DNA of 64,000 bases from an uncultured Bacteroidota bacterium (GTDB lineage Bacteria > CLD3 > SB21), in NCBI GenBank assembly GCA_964415295.1, contig CAYPYN010000002.1, forward strand, positions 324,595-388,594, given 5' to 3'. Numbering within the stretch: position 1 is the first letter of the stretch; every line of letters begins with the position of its first letter. Positions 1 to 9,241 of this stretch are shown here, piece by piece. The position numbers were made by a program, and so were the translations under genes. The notes beneath the pieces are model-generated. The model saw nothing but the letters and a program-made list of their open reading frames with translations, ran no database searches and was not told the DNA's origin.

Positions 1-1998
1 AGCGCCCGTCAGCGGATCGCGGTTCTGCTGGATCATGCTGTTGAATTGTTTTCCGCGCCGCGTCGATACTAAAAATTGATTCGGCTGCAGCTTCAATTCC
101 TTTGGTTTAACAACGGTAAAATTCGCCTTACCATTCGCGGTCGGGAATTGCCACCCCTCACAAAGCCTCAGGCCGCCCCATTGAACATGATCGCCGCTTT
201 TTTTGAGATGTTGAATACCGTCGTAAAGAGGAATTATTTCAGCAATTTCATTTCTAATGTCCTGACCGGAATTAAAATGGATCCTATCTTTTTTCTCCGG
301 ATAGACACGTTTGGCCAATTCCATCAGAATTTCCCATTCGCTTTTCGTTTCCCCGATCTCGTGCCCCTCGATCTGAGGACTATAAATAATGCGGCGTTCG
401 GTCGTCGTTTCCGTTCCTCCGCCGCGCTGTTCATACCGCGTCTTCGCAGGAAGCAGGATGACCGTTTCATTGGGATCCATCAGCATCTGATTGGTCACGA
501 TGATGTCCTGATGAATCCGAAGTGGAATATTCGCGACGGCATTTCTAACAAATTCCGGATCGGGCAGAACCTCGAGGAAGTTACCTCCAACCTGATACAA
601 AATATCGATCTTGTTTTCGGCCGCCGCGTCGATCATTTCCACAGCGGTGAGTCCTCGTTGATCGGGAACGGTAAATCCGTATTGTTTTGATAGTTTTCCG
701 GCGCTATCCGGATTAACGGGCGCGCCTCCCGGAAAAGCCGTAGCGTAGGCGCCCATTTCCGCGCCGCCCTGAACGCCGGAATGACCGCGGATCGGCATCA
801 GACCGCAGCCTTCCCGTCCAACAAATCCCTTGGTCAACCCCAGATTGATGATCGCACGCACGCTCTCACTGCCGCACGAATGCTGAGTGATGCCCATACT
901 CCACACCAGAACGCCCCGCTGAGCCTCGTGCATTAATCGTGCAAAATCTTTCATACGTTCACGCGAAAGGCCCGAATATTTCTCCAGATTCTCCCATGAT
1001 TCATTTTCCAGATAGGTCTTCATGGTATCAAACCCGGCGGAATGATTTTTTATAAATTCATTGTCAATCCAATGCTCAGCGATCATCCATTTGATCACAC
1101 CGTTGATAAAGGCTATGTCGCCGCCGGTGTGAACCAAAAAGAATTCATCCGTGATCTTGGTCCCGAAAAGCGCGCTCTCCGTCACCGAAGGAACCCAGTA
1201 GTGCTCCATTCCGGGTTCGCGATACGGGTTCACACATACCACTTTGGTTCCGCGCTTTTTGGCATAGTACAAATATTTCATCGTCACCGGCTGATCATTG
1301 GCCGCATTGGAACCGAAAAAGACGATCAGATCGGTCTTGAACCAATCGGTATAGCTGCACGTAGTGGCAGCGGCACCGATGGTCGACTTGAGCGCAACCG
1401 TGCTCGGCGAGTGACAGATGCGGGCGGAATTATCCACGTTGTTGGTGCCGAGGAACCGCGCGACTTTTTGCGCCACATAGTATACTTCATTGGTAATGCC
1501 TCGCGATGTCAGATAAAAGGCCAGCCTTTTCGGGTTTGTAGATCGTATCTTTTCGGAGATGATACGGTAAGCCTCTTCCCACGAAATTCTGGTAAATCCT
1601 TTATCGCCCTTTCTGCGGATCATCGGATACGGCAGGCGGCCCAGTTCCCGTAATTGCCGGTTATCCAGATGTTTCAGATTTTCTACATCCTCCAGCTTTT
1701 TGAAATCCAATGCCGGCGCCGTGTTGAGCCGAAGCAGTTTCAGGCGCACCAGGCACAAGTGCGTGCTTTCGATCGTCCAGTCATGAAAGCCGGCCACGCC
1801 CAGCGCGCATCCGTCACAGACACCCTTGGACAGAATGCGCCACGCATAACGCATGTTGCCTTTGTTCTCCCAAATGATCTTGACCATATCCAAAAAATGA
1901 TTGGGCTTGGTTCTGCCGATGCCATTGGGCGACAAACTCACCCACGTGCTGGGATGCCACAGTCTTTTGAGGCTGGAATTTTTGATGCGATGATCCAT
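1..1998 (-). CDS. Molybdopterin oxidoreductase, YdeP/FdhF-like alpha subunit (partial, C-terminus beyond window start)
   Basis: Translating the minus strand from the ATG at 1998 gives MDHRIKNSSLKRLWHPSTWVSL..., then CDGCALGVAGFHDW, then GTNNVDNSARICHSPSTVALKSTIG. These are hallmark motifs of the molybdopterin (MGD) oxidoreductase / formate dehydrogenase family. All listed plus-strand ORFs in 76..2052 are antisense artifacts of this gene. Confidence 0.75.
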   Translation of the reverse strand, partial: MDHRIKNSSLKRLWHPSTWVSLSPNGIGRTKPNHFLDMVKIIWENKGNMRYAWRILSKGVCDGCALGVAGFHDWTIESTHLCLVRLKLLRLNTAPALDFKKLEDVENLKHLDNRQLRELGRLPYPMIRRKGDKGFTRISWEEAYRIISEKIRSTNPKRLAFYLTSRGITNEVYYVAQKVARFLGTNNVDNSARICHSPSTVALKSTIGAAATTCSYTDWFKTDLIVFFGSNAANDQPVTMKYLYYAKKRGTKVVCVNPYREPGMEHYWVPSVTESALFGTKITDEFFLVHTGGDIAFINGVIKWMIAEHWIDNEFIKNHSAGFDTMKTYLENESWENLEKYSGLSRERMKDFARLMHEAQRGVLVWSMGITQHSCGSESVRAIINLGLTKGFVGREGCGLMPIRGHSGVQGGAEMGAYATAFPGGAPVNPDSAGKLSKQYGFTVPDQRGLTAVEMIDAAAENKIDILYQVGGNFLEVLPDPEFVRNAVANIPLRIHQDIIVTNQMLMDPNETVILLPAKTRYEQRGGGTETTTERRIIYSPQIEGHEIGETKSEWEILMELAKRVYPEKKDRIHFNSGQDIRNEIAEIIPLYDGIQHLKKSGDHVQWGGLRLCEGWQFPTANGKANFTVVKPKELKLQPNQFLVSTRRGKQFNSMIQQNRDPLTGA

Positions 1999-2202
1999 GA
2001 ACGCCTTCGCGTAAAAGGTCAAAAAATACCGGATGTATTGAAACAGGATTAACTTAGCGAAGATAGAGAACGGCGATACGAATTGCTACTATTTTTTGTG
2101 AATAGCTACCGCAGATGTAGCGGGTTACTAATTCCTTTTCCAGGATAATTTAAAATCAGCAAAAATACTTTGCGCGCGTTGCGGCCTTTGCGGTTAGGGT
2201 TT

Positions 2203-3387
2203 TTACGATGCTATAAGCCACAATTTCTTCTGAGGACGCGAAATGAATTCCGCTCCATCGTCGCCAACCAGTACCATTTCCTCTACCGTGGCCACACCAT
2301 AACCCTCAACCGTCAGACGCGGTTCGATCGTAAAAACCATTCCTTTTTCGATCGTCTGAAAAGGCTTTTCCGCATATTTTTCCCATGCCGGTCCAAGTAA
2401 CGCCGTTCCGTCATGAGCAAAGCGGCCAACCTGATGCCCGAGCGCGTGGGGAAATTCACCGTAACCTTGTTTCACGATAAACTCACGCGCGATCTTGTCG
2501 ATCTCGATCCCTTTAGCACCGGGCTTCATGGCTTTTCTGGCCGATTCGATCGATTGCACGATCGTATCAAACCCTTTTTGAACGGGTTCCGGCGGCGCTA
2601 TTTCCCCTTCTTTTAAAATATAAAATGTTCTCTGCAGATCGGAACAGTAACTATTATACTTCACGCCAAAGTCGATATTCAGAACGTGCCCCGGCCTTAC
2701 AACGCGTAAAGTCGGATTGTAATGCGCACCGGCATGTTCGGGTCCTGTAAAGACTGCGGGGCAAACCTTTTCATCCCAAGCCAATCCGAGGCCGTGTTGC
2801 CGCACTCTATCCTGCATAAAATCTGCTACATCTTTTTCTGTGACCCCGGGCTTGATGTATCGTCGGGCGTCGTCAAGGATCGCCTCGGCTTTGGCTACAG
2901 AATCTTTGATATGCCGTATCTCCGTTTCCGACTTTCTCTGACGCAGCGCGGAAACGATCTTTTCCGAAGATATTAACCTGTTTTCATAACCGATCTCAGT
3001 CAAATATCCGACCAGCGTCAGATACAATCCGTAGGTCAATCCGTCGCATATCTCACTGCCAACGGAGTAATTGATCGCGATCGATTTTGGGTTCAGTTTG
3101 GTAATGAATTCCAGAAAATGCTTTTTGATCCCCTCCACGTAGCCGATCACTTCGTCGTAGGAACCCAGATCTTCGATGGCTTTTTTGTCATAAAGTCCGA
3201 CGATCGCACAAGTTTTACCGCTTGAAGTGACGATAAACATAGAATGCCAGGTCACATCGCCATTGGTCAGATAAGGCAGTGTGGGGTCGCCATTCAGCGC
3301 GCTCTCACGGGTGAATGTGATCCAGCAGTCGATCCCAAGTTCTTTAAGTATCCCCTTGGCCTGTTGTACTTTTTCTCGCACCAGCAT
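2203..3387 (-). CDS. Xaa-Pro aminopeptidase / prolidase (M24B metallopeptidase family)
   Basis: 394 aa with a creatinase/prolidase N-domain and an M24 pita-bread C-domain (HALGHQVGRFAHDG, metal-ligand pattern). It lies in the hydroxyproline locus. Confidence 0.82.
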   Translation of the reverse strand: MLVREKVQQAKGILKELGIDCWITFTRESALNGDPTLPYLTNGDVTWHSMFIVTSSGKTCAIVGLYDKKAIEDLGSYDEVIGYVEGIKKHFLEFITKLNPKSIAINYSVGSEICDGLTYGLYLTLVGYLTEIGYENRLISSEKIVSALRQRKSETEIRHIKDSVAKAEAILDDARRYIKPGVTEKDVADFMQDRVRQHGLGLAWDEKVCPAVFTGPEHAGAHYNPTLRVVRPGHVLNIDFGVKYNSYCSDLQRTFYILKEGEIAPPEPVQKGFDTIVQSIESARKAMKPGAKGIEIDKIAREFIVKQGYGEFPHALGHQVGRFAHDGTALLGPAWEKYAEKPFQTIEKGMVFTIEPRLTVEGYGVATVEEMVLVGDDGAEFISRPQKKLWLIAS

Positions 3388-3402
3388 GGGAGTATCCTTT
3401 CA

Positions 3403-4386
3403 TTATAAATTAACCATCGTTCCGAGACCTTTTTTCTCTGCTTCTGCTATCACATGAGCCGCCACGGCCAGGTCCTGGGCCGCATTCCCTACAGATTTGA
3501 ATACCGTGATCTCGCTATCGGAAGTTCTTCCGGGCTTCGACCCGGATACGATCTCTCCTAATTCAGCATAGATATGTTGCGTATACATTTTTCCTTCTTT
3601 GATCGGAATGGCGATATCTCCTGCTTCCTTCAAAGCCGTTTCCCTTTGATCGACAATGAGTTTACACATTACGATAGTCTCCTCGGGGATCTCGCGAGCA
3701 TTGGGTTTGTAAGACCCGACGCCGTTGATATGAATGCCCTGTTTGAGATCGCGGTGGGAAAAGACGGGTTCACCGGAAGTGGTCGCCGTACAAATAATGT
3801 CGGCCAAATTCAAGTTGCGGTGATCGGATTGCAATTGGAATACCCGATCGTGCTTTTGGCTCATTTCGCTGCAAAATGATTGAGCCTGCTCTTCATCGGC
3901 GCCATAAACCAAAACCTTTTCAATATCTCGGACGGCCATTACGCCTTCCACCTGTGTCCTTGCCTGCGCTCCGGTTCCGAATATCGCGAGTATTTTAGCA
4001 TCTATTCGTGCCAGGATATCGGTGGCCAATCCGGACGCCGCGCCGGTTCTTAACGCCGTCAGGTATTCCGCATCCATCACAGCCAACGGTTTCCCGTTCT
4101 GCGCATCCGTCACGAGCATCAGTCCCTGGATAAGCGGTAAGCCTTTGGCAGCGTTGTCGTTAAAGATAGAAACAACTTTGACGCCGCTGCTCCCGCTTTT
4201 TGGAAGGTGAACGGGCATGTAAAGCATACGCGCGTTTTGATAGGGAATTTCCATGTTGATTCTGAGGGGAACGACAGCCTCACCGGACGATAACTGGCTG
4301 AAAGCGTCCTTCATCAAGTCCAACGCCCTGTGCATGGAAATGCAATGCTGAACGTCGGATCGGGAGAGTATGCGTAACGAGTTCAT
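3403..4386 (-). CDS. Ornithine cyclodeaminase/mu-crystallin family protein; putative Delta1-pyrroline-2-carboxylate reductase
   Basis: 327 aa with an OCD/mu-crystallin Rossmann fold (IFGTGAQA). Its role is inferred from adjacency to a Cys/Thr proline-racemase-family dehydratase. Confidence 0.75.
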   Translation of the reverse strand: MNSLRILSRSDVQHCISMHRALDLMKDAFSQLSSGEAVVPLRINMEIPYQNARMLYMPVHLPKSGSSGVKVVSIFNDNAAKGLPLIQGLMLVTDAQNGKPLAVMDAEYLTALRTGAASGLATDILARIDAKILAIFGTGAQARTQVEGVMAVRDIEKVLVYGADEEQAQSFCSEMSQKHDRVFQLQSDHRNLNLADIICTATTSGEPVFSHRDLKQGIHINGVGSYKPNAREIPEETIVMCKLIVDQRETALKEAGDIAIPIKEGKMYTQHIYAELGEIVSGSKPGRTSDSEITVFKSVGNAAQDLAVAAHVIAEAEKKGLGTMVNL

Positions 4387-4413
4387 AGGATCACCCGTTG
4401 CAGGAATGGTCTA

Positions 4414-5475
4414 TTATCGGAAGAAAAATCCTTTTTTCAAAGGGTCATCGGGATCGATAAGAAATTCATTCTTACCGCAAATGTGTGCCGTCCCTTCAAC
4501 TTCAGGTATGACCGCACGGTGCGGTCCAAAGGTCGTGACTTCTTTGACACGGCAGATGAACTTACTGCCGACGATACTTTCGATCACCATCGGCTGGCCG
4601 ACAGCAAGTTCCCCGCGTTCGTAATGCAAAGCCATCCGCGCGCTCACACCCGTTCCAGTCGGACTGCGGTCCACTTCACCCTCGGCGAAGATACACACGT
4701 TGCGGCTGTCCGCGCCCTTCTCTAGGCCGGGACCTGTGAAGATCGTGCCGTAGAGAAAATTCAGGTCCTTCTCAAACGGATGTTCTATCTTGAAATTTTT
4801 CATTACAGCGCGTTTGATCGCCATTCCTTTTTCGATCAGCGGCCGGTAATCTTGACCCGTCATGCGAAGGCCGACGTCATCCGCCTTGACGTAGGCATAG
4901 AATGCGCCGCCGAACGCGATGTCAAAACGAACCCGTCCGATAGCCGGAACCTCCACCGTTTGATCGAGCGCCAGAACAAACGAAGGCACGTTATGAAAAT
5001 AAACGCTTTTTACTTTTTTGTTTTTGATGCGCGCATACGCCGTAACAAGGCCCGCAGGCGTATCGATCCCGACCATGGTTTCAGGCGTGCGCATTTTTAC
5101 CAACCCCGTTTCCACGGCAACTTTGGTCACAGCGATGATCCCGTGGCCGCACATCGTGCTGTAGCCTTCGTTGTGCATAAATAGCACACCGAAGTCTGCT
5201 TCCTTGGTAACGGGCGGGGTTATAATACAGCCATACATATCCGCATGCCCGCGCGGTTCCCACATGAGCGCTTTCCGCAAATGATCCAGATGTTCTTTCA
5301 TATAACGCCGGCGCTCGAGGATCGTTCGTCCTTTTAAAGGCGGCAGTCCCGATGTGATTATCCGTAGCGGTTCACCGCCCGTATGCGCGTCAATGGCCGT
5401 GATCTTCATCCACGTTTTCGGCGGCGTCCACTTCTGCATTTTTTTGATTCGATCCGTAAAAGCTTTTTGAGTCAT
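4414..5475 (-). CDS. Proline racemase family protein, Cys/Thr type; putative trans-3-hydroxy-L-proline dehydratase
   Basis: 353 aa. The first catalytic motif, MCGHG, has Cys. The second, SPTGTG, has Thr where racemases and epimerases have Cys. Confidence 0.8.
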   Translation of the reverse strand: MTQKAFTDRIKKMQKWTPPKTWMKITAIDAHTGGEPLRIITSGLPPLKGRTILERRRYMKEHLDHLRKALMWEPRGHADMYGCIITPPVTKEADFGVLFMHNEGYSTMCGHGIIAVTKVAVETGLVKMRTPETMVGIDTPAGLVTAYARIKNKKVKSVYFHNVPSFVLALDQTVEVPAIGRVRFDIAFGGAFYAYVKADDVGLRMTGQDYRPLIEKGMAIKRAVMKNFKIEHPFEKDLNFLYGTIFTGPGLEKGADSRNVCIFAEGEVDRSPTGTGVSARMALHYERGELAVGQPMVIESIVGSKFICRVKEVTTFGPHRAVIPEVEGTAHICGKNEFLIDPDDPLKKGFFFR

Positions 5476-5484
5476 GACAGTACC

Positions 5485-6750
5485 TTAATCAAATCGGTTA
5501 GGATTCAGCGCCTCGGTATCCACGGTCGGTTTTTGTCCCGTCACGATCTCGGAAACAATTTTGCCGGTGACCGGTGACAACGTAATTCCAAGCATGGCGT
5601 GACCGGTTGCGGCGATCAGGTTTTCGATCTGACTGAATCGTCCGATAAAAGGAATGCCGTCGGGCGAACAAGGTCTCAGTCCTGCCCACGCCTGATGCGT
5701 ATCTACCGTTTCAAGCCGCATGTCATCCAGATAGGCCGGAACGGCTTTCAGAATGGCTTTCACCCGGCGTTCATTGATCGTCAGATCAATGGGACTGAGT
5801 TCCAGCGTACCGCCGAAACGCATAGCGGATCCCATCGGCGTGATGGCAACGCGCGCCTCGGTCAGAATAAAGGGTATTTTCGACCGATGCGCCGGGTTTT
5901 GTACCGTAACGCTGTAACCTTTTCCGGGCTGAACCGGCAATTTAATGGAAAGTTTTTGCAATACTTTCGGCGACCATGATCCCGCCGCCAAGACGAAGTC
6001 CTTCGCACCGATCTTGTCGCCATGAATAATAACCGATGTTAAGCGACTGCCCGATCTCTCAAATCCTGTTACTTCGGTTTTTTCAAAGAACGCAACGCCG
6101 CTCTTTTTTGCAAGGTCAGTCATAGCGTTGACAAATTGATCCGGAATGAGGTGACCGTCGTTTGGAAAAAATAATCCGCCGCGGGAAAGGATCCTGACAT
6201 TCGGTTCGAGTTCGTTGAGTTGCGCATTATTCAAGATCCTCGCTTCCACGCCCACCTCTTCCGCCAGATGCGCTTCGTGCCGGTTCGCTTTTTCGCCCGC
6301 CGCCGTATTGTACAACATCAGAAGTCCGCGATGTTCAAACCCGTATTCGATCTTCTCATCGGCGTTGATCTCTTGAAACAACCGCAGGCTCTCTTGTGTA
6401 AGATCTCTTAACACAGGCATACCCCGCCGCATTTGCTTCTCGCTGCTCGCGCGAAAATAACGCCACAGCCACAGCAGCAGATCCGCATCCATGCGCGGAT
6501 GAATATAGAATGGACTTTCCGGGTTGAACATCCATTGGAGGCCTTTGGCAACCATCCCCGGCGCGGCGAGGGGAACAAAATGACTGGGGCTGATCAATCC
6601 TGCATTGCCCCAGGAACAGGAAGTTTCCTTCCCGATCTCGTTCTTTTCAATTACGGCAACACTCAACCCGCTCTTTGTCAAATAATATGCGGAGCATATC
6701 CCGATCGCCCCTCCGCCGATGATCACTACATCAAATTTCTGCTCCATCAA
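5485..6750 (-). CDS. FAD-dependent oxidoreductase (DadA/DAO-like); putative D-hydroxyproline dehydrogenase
   Basis: 421 aa with an N-terminal VVIIGGGAIG FAD dinucleotide-binding motif and a DAO domain. It lies in the Hyp locus. Confidence 0.8.
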   Translation of the reverse strand: MMEQKFDVVIIGGGAIGICSAYYLTKSGLSVAVIEKNEIGKETSCSWGNAGLISPSHFVPLAAPGMVAKGLQWMFNPESPFYIHPRMDADLLLWLWRYFRASSEKQMRRGMPVLRDLTQESLRLFQEINADEKIEYGFEHRGLLMLYNTAAGEKANRHEAHLAEEVGVEARILNNAQLNELEPNVRILSRGGLFFPNDGHLIPDQFVNAMTDLAKKSGVAFFEKTEVTGFERSGSRLTSVIIHGDKIGAKDFVLAAGSWSPKVLQKLSIKLPVQPGKGYSVTVQNPAHRSKIPFILTEARVAITPMGSAMRFGGTLELSPIDLTINERRVKAILKAVPAYLDDMRLETVDTHQAWAGLRPCSPDGIPFIGRFSQIENLIAATGHAMLGITLSPVTGKIVSEIVTGQKPTVDTEALNPNRFD

Positions 6751-6793
6751 TTCTCCGGTTCATTTTCAAACATATAATGTTGTTTTCAATTTC

Positions 6794-6977
6794 GGCCTTG
6801 AAAAAAAAGGCGCCGAAACTTGAGTTCGCTCCATAAATTCTGCGAAAAAAATGTTTGAGACCGCTGAAAGCGGTCGAGTTTTTTTTCGCAACCAACAAGC
6901 GAACGAAAGTTTAGACGTTTTTTTCACAGCCTTGATTTTTCTTTGCTTCTTTCTTTGCATCAAGGCAAAGAAAGAAG
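6794..6977. repeat. MITE-like intergenic element, copy A: ~33 bp imperfect terminal inverted repeats plus a 3' 13 bp-stem hairpin
   Basis: It starts GGCCTTGAAAAAAAAGGCGCCGAAACTTGAGTTCGC and ends GCGAACGAAAGTTTAGACGTTTTTTTCACAGCCTTGA. A perfect hairpin CTTCTTTCTTTGC-atcaag-GCAAAGAAAGAAG follows at 6945..6977. Homologous to copies at 8755, 8964, 10861 and 13382. Confidence 0.7.
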
Positions 6978-6978
6978 A

Positions 6979-7980
6979 TTAAATAACCTGAAATCCATGC
7001 GCATACGGGTCTTCATCATCCACCAGAATCGTATTAAATCCCGTCACGCAAGCCCATCCTTCGATACTCGGTATGATCGCATCGTAGGAACCAACCTTCG
7101 TCGCCGCTTCCACGCGCCCGCGGAACAGGCTTCCGATAATACTTTCGTGAACGAAGCTATCTCCGACTTTCAATTTCCCTTTTGCGGCCCATTGCGCCAT
7201 GCGCGCAGAAGTTCCCGTCCCGCACGGAGAACGGTCGATCGCTTTATCGCCGTAGAATACGGCATTTCGCGCATGCGCTTCCGGATGTCTGGGCGTTCCC
7301 GTCCATTCAACGTGTGAACAGCCTTTGATCGACGGGTTTTCCGGGTGCACGAAGGAATATTTTTCATTGATACGCTGCCGAATGATCGGACTCCACCATG
7401 TAATATCGGAGCCATGAATATGTTCCAACCCCTTGAAATTTTCTTGGGGATCGATGATCGCATAGAAATTTCCGCCATAGGCGACGTCAAACGCGAGTTC
7501 GCCCAGATCGGGACATTCAACCGTTAAACCCGAGGAGTGAAGGAAAGAAGGTACGTTGACAATCCGAACGGACTTAACTTTATCTCCTTTCATCTCGTAA
7601 TGCGCTTCCACCAGGCCGGCGGGAACTTCCAGTCGAAGCATTCCGGGAGTTTTAGGAACGACCAGATTTTGTTCGATCATGACCGTTACGGTTCCAATGG
7701 TACCGTGTCCGCACATGGGCAGACAGCCGCTTGTTTCGATAAACAAAATGCCGATATCGTTATCCGGATGAAGTGCCGGATACAATAAACTGCCGGACAT
7801 CATATCGTGTCCCCGAGGCTCGAACATCAGCGCCGTCCGTATCCAGTCGAACTCTTTCATGAAATAAAGACGACGCTCATTCATGTTATTCCCCTGCAAT
7901 TCGGGCTTACCGCTTGTTACAACCCGTACGGGGTTCCCGCAAGTATGAGCGTCAATACATGTGAATGTGGTCTTGGACAT
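6979..7980 (-). CDS. 4-hydroxyproline 2-epimerase (proline racemase family, Cys/Cys type)
   Basis: 333 aa with both catalytic motifs carrying Cys (PMCGHG and SPCGTG). Confidence 0.85.
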   Translation of the reverse strand: MSKTTFTCIDAHTCGNPVRVVTSGKPELQGNNMNERRLYFMKEFDWIRTALMFEPRGHDMMSGSLLYPALHPDNDIGILFIETSGCLPMCGHGTIGTVTVMIEQNLVVPKTPGMLRLEVPAGLVEAHYEMKGDKVKSVRIVNVPSFLHSSGLTVECPDLGELAFDVAYGGNFYAIIDPQENFKGLEHIHGSDITWWSPIIRQRINEKYSFVHPENPSIKGCSHVEWTGTPRHPEAHARNAVFYGDKAIDRSPCGTGTSARMAQWAAKGKLKVGDSFVHESIIGSLFRGRVEAATKVGSYDAIIPSIEGWACVTGFNTILVDDEDPYAHGFQVI

Positions 7981-7989
7981 GGCGGTTTC

Positions 7990-8631
7990 TTATTTATCTA
8001 TCGCTTCGCGAGTCAATTTATCCAGATAATCCATCAAACGATCGGTTGCCTCGATCGCTTTGCTTTCATCATTCGCCGCAACGGCGCGCATGATTTCTGC
8101 ATGAAGCCCTGCCGATTGCGTCAGATCCTCATCGTGATGAAAACGGTACCAAAAACGCCGGCAGTGCGCACGAAGAGGCGCACACGCCTCCGATGCAAAC
8201 GGATTTCGGGCCGCTTCGGCTATAATTTGGTCAAATTCATGGTCAAAGTGAATAAAAGAATTCAGATCGCCTTTTTCTGATGCCGATTCTATCCGATCGG
8301 CGAGTTCCGACAATGTCTTCCTTTGTTCCGGAGTTGCGCGGCGCACGGCCTTAGCAACAAGTACTTTTTCCAGTGCCCGTCGGGTTTCCAAAAGCGCCAG
8401 ATGATCGGAAATATGGATCTCGCTGACAATAATACCTTTGCGCGGCAGAGTCTCCACCAAATGTTCCTGCGCCAGACGCAGCAGCGCTTCACGAACCGGC
8501 GTCCGCCCGATGCCGGTCTTTTGCACCAACTCGCCTTCGGATATGACGCTGCCCGGCTTAAGTTCCAGCGTCACGATCATCTCCTCGATCCGATCGTAGG
8601 CTTGGTTGGATAGTGTGGCTGAGTTGTTCAT
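7990..8631 (-). CDS. GntR family transcriptional regulator (FadR/FCD subfamily)
   Basis: It has a wHTH GntR N-domain (SEGELVQKTGIGRTPVREALLRL) and an FCD C-domain. The ORF extends to 8685, but the MNNSATL start at 8631 is more plausible. Confidence 0.78.
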   Translation of the reverse strand: MNNSATLSNQAYDRIEEMIVTLELKPGSVISEGELVQKTGIGRTPVREALLRLAQEHLVETLPRKGIIVSEIHISDHLALLETRRALEKVLVAKAVRRATPEQRKTLSELADRIESASEKGDLNSFIHFDHEFDQIIAEAARNPFASEACAPLRAHCRRFWYRFHHDEDLTQSAGLHAEIMRAVAANDESKAIEATDRLMDYLDKLTREAIDK

Positions 8632-8754
8632 GTATAGACTATTCTCATAGTATGCACCCTCACCCCTTATCCCTCCCCTTGGCAAAGAGGCTGTTGCAGA
8701 AAGAGATTATTCAATGTCAATTTTCCGTGATAAGAAAAATCATGTGAATTTTCG

Positions 8755-8940
8755 GGCCTTTGAAAAAATGCCGTTAAGAAATCGAAGCGAAAGCCCGTTA
8801 AAAACAAAACATGTCCGAGTGGCGCTTCAGGCGCCACGAGTTTGTTTTGTTTAGGGCTTGAGCGAAGATTGAGGCATTTTTTCAACAGCCAAGGCCCTTT
8901 TCTTTCTCTCTTTCTTTTGGGCCAGCAAAAGAAAGAGAAG
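8755..8940. repeat. MITE-like element, copy B1 (same orientation as A, C and D)
   Basis: It begins GGCCTTTGAAAAAATGCCG and ends GGCATTTTTTCAACAGCCAAGG. A tail hairpin CTCTTTCTTTTG-ggccag-CAAAAGAAAGAG follows. Confidence 0.65.
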
Positions 8941-8963
8941 TGATTGCATTCTATGACTTGGAT

Positions 8964-9161
8964 CCACTTTCTTTTTAAAAAAGAAAGTGGCAAAGAAAAC
9001 TTCGGCTGTGATAAAAACGCCTAAACCCTCGTTCGCAGATCGAGGTTGCGAAAAACGATTCTCTATCTTTACATAACATTAAATCAGAACGTTTAGGGAA
9101 GCCGTTTTTCGCATGAATTTTTTCTGCGAACTCGGGTTTCTTCGGCATTCTTATCAAGGCC
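8964..9161. repeat. MITE-like element, copy B2 (inverted orientation, tail-to-tail with B1)
   Basis: It is the reverse complement of copy D. The hairpin CCACTTTCTTTTTAAAAAAGAAAGTGG is followed by CTTCGGCTGTGATAAAAACGCCTAAACCCTCGTTCGCAGA, and the element ends ...TCTGCGAACTCGGGTTTCTTCGGCATTCTTATCAAGGCC. Confidence 0.7.
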
Positions 9162-9241
9162 GCGAATACCGAAAACGAATTCCGTGAATTATTCAACGAT
9201 TATGTCATTTTGCAACAGCCTCAATGGCGAAGGCAGTTCCA

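Noticed and set aside
76-2052. Three plus-strand ORFs (204, 203 and 132 aa) tiling the first 2 kb
   Set aside because: The sequences are Arg- and low-complexity-rich with no motifs. The minus strand encodes a clear molybdopterin oxidoreductase (NNVDNSARICH motif), so these are antisense artefacts.
8667-9196. Small minus-strand ORFs (108 and 73 aa) in the GntR-ALDH gap
   Set aside because: They lie within the two inverted MITE copies and are produced by the repeat sequence. No RBS.
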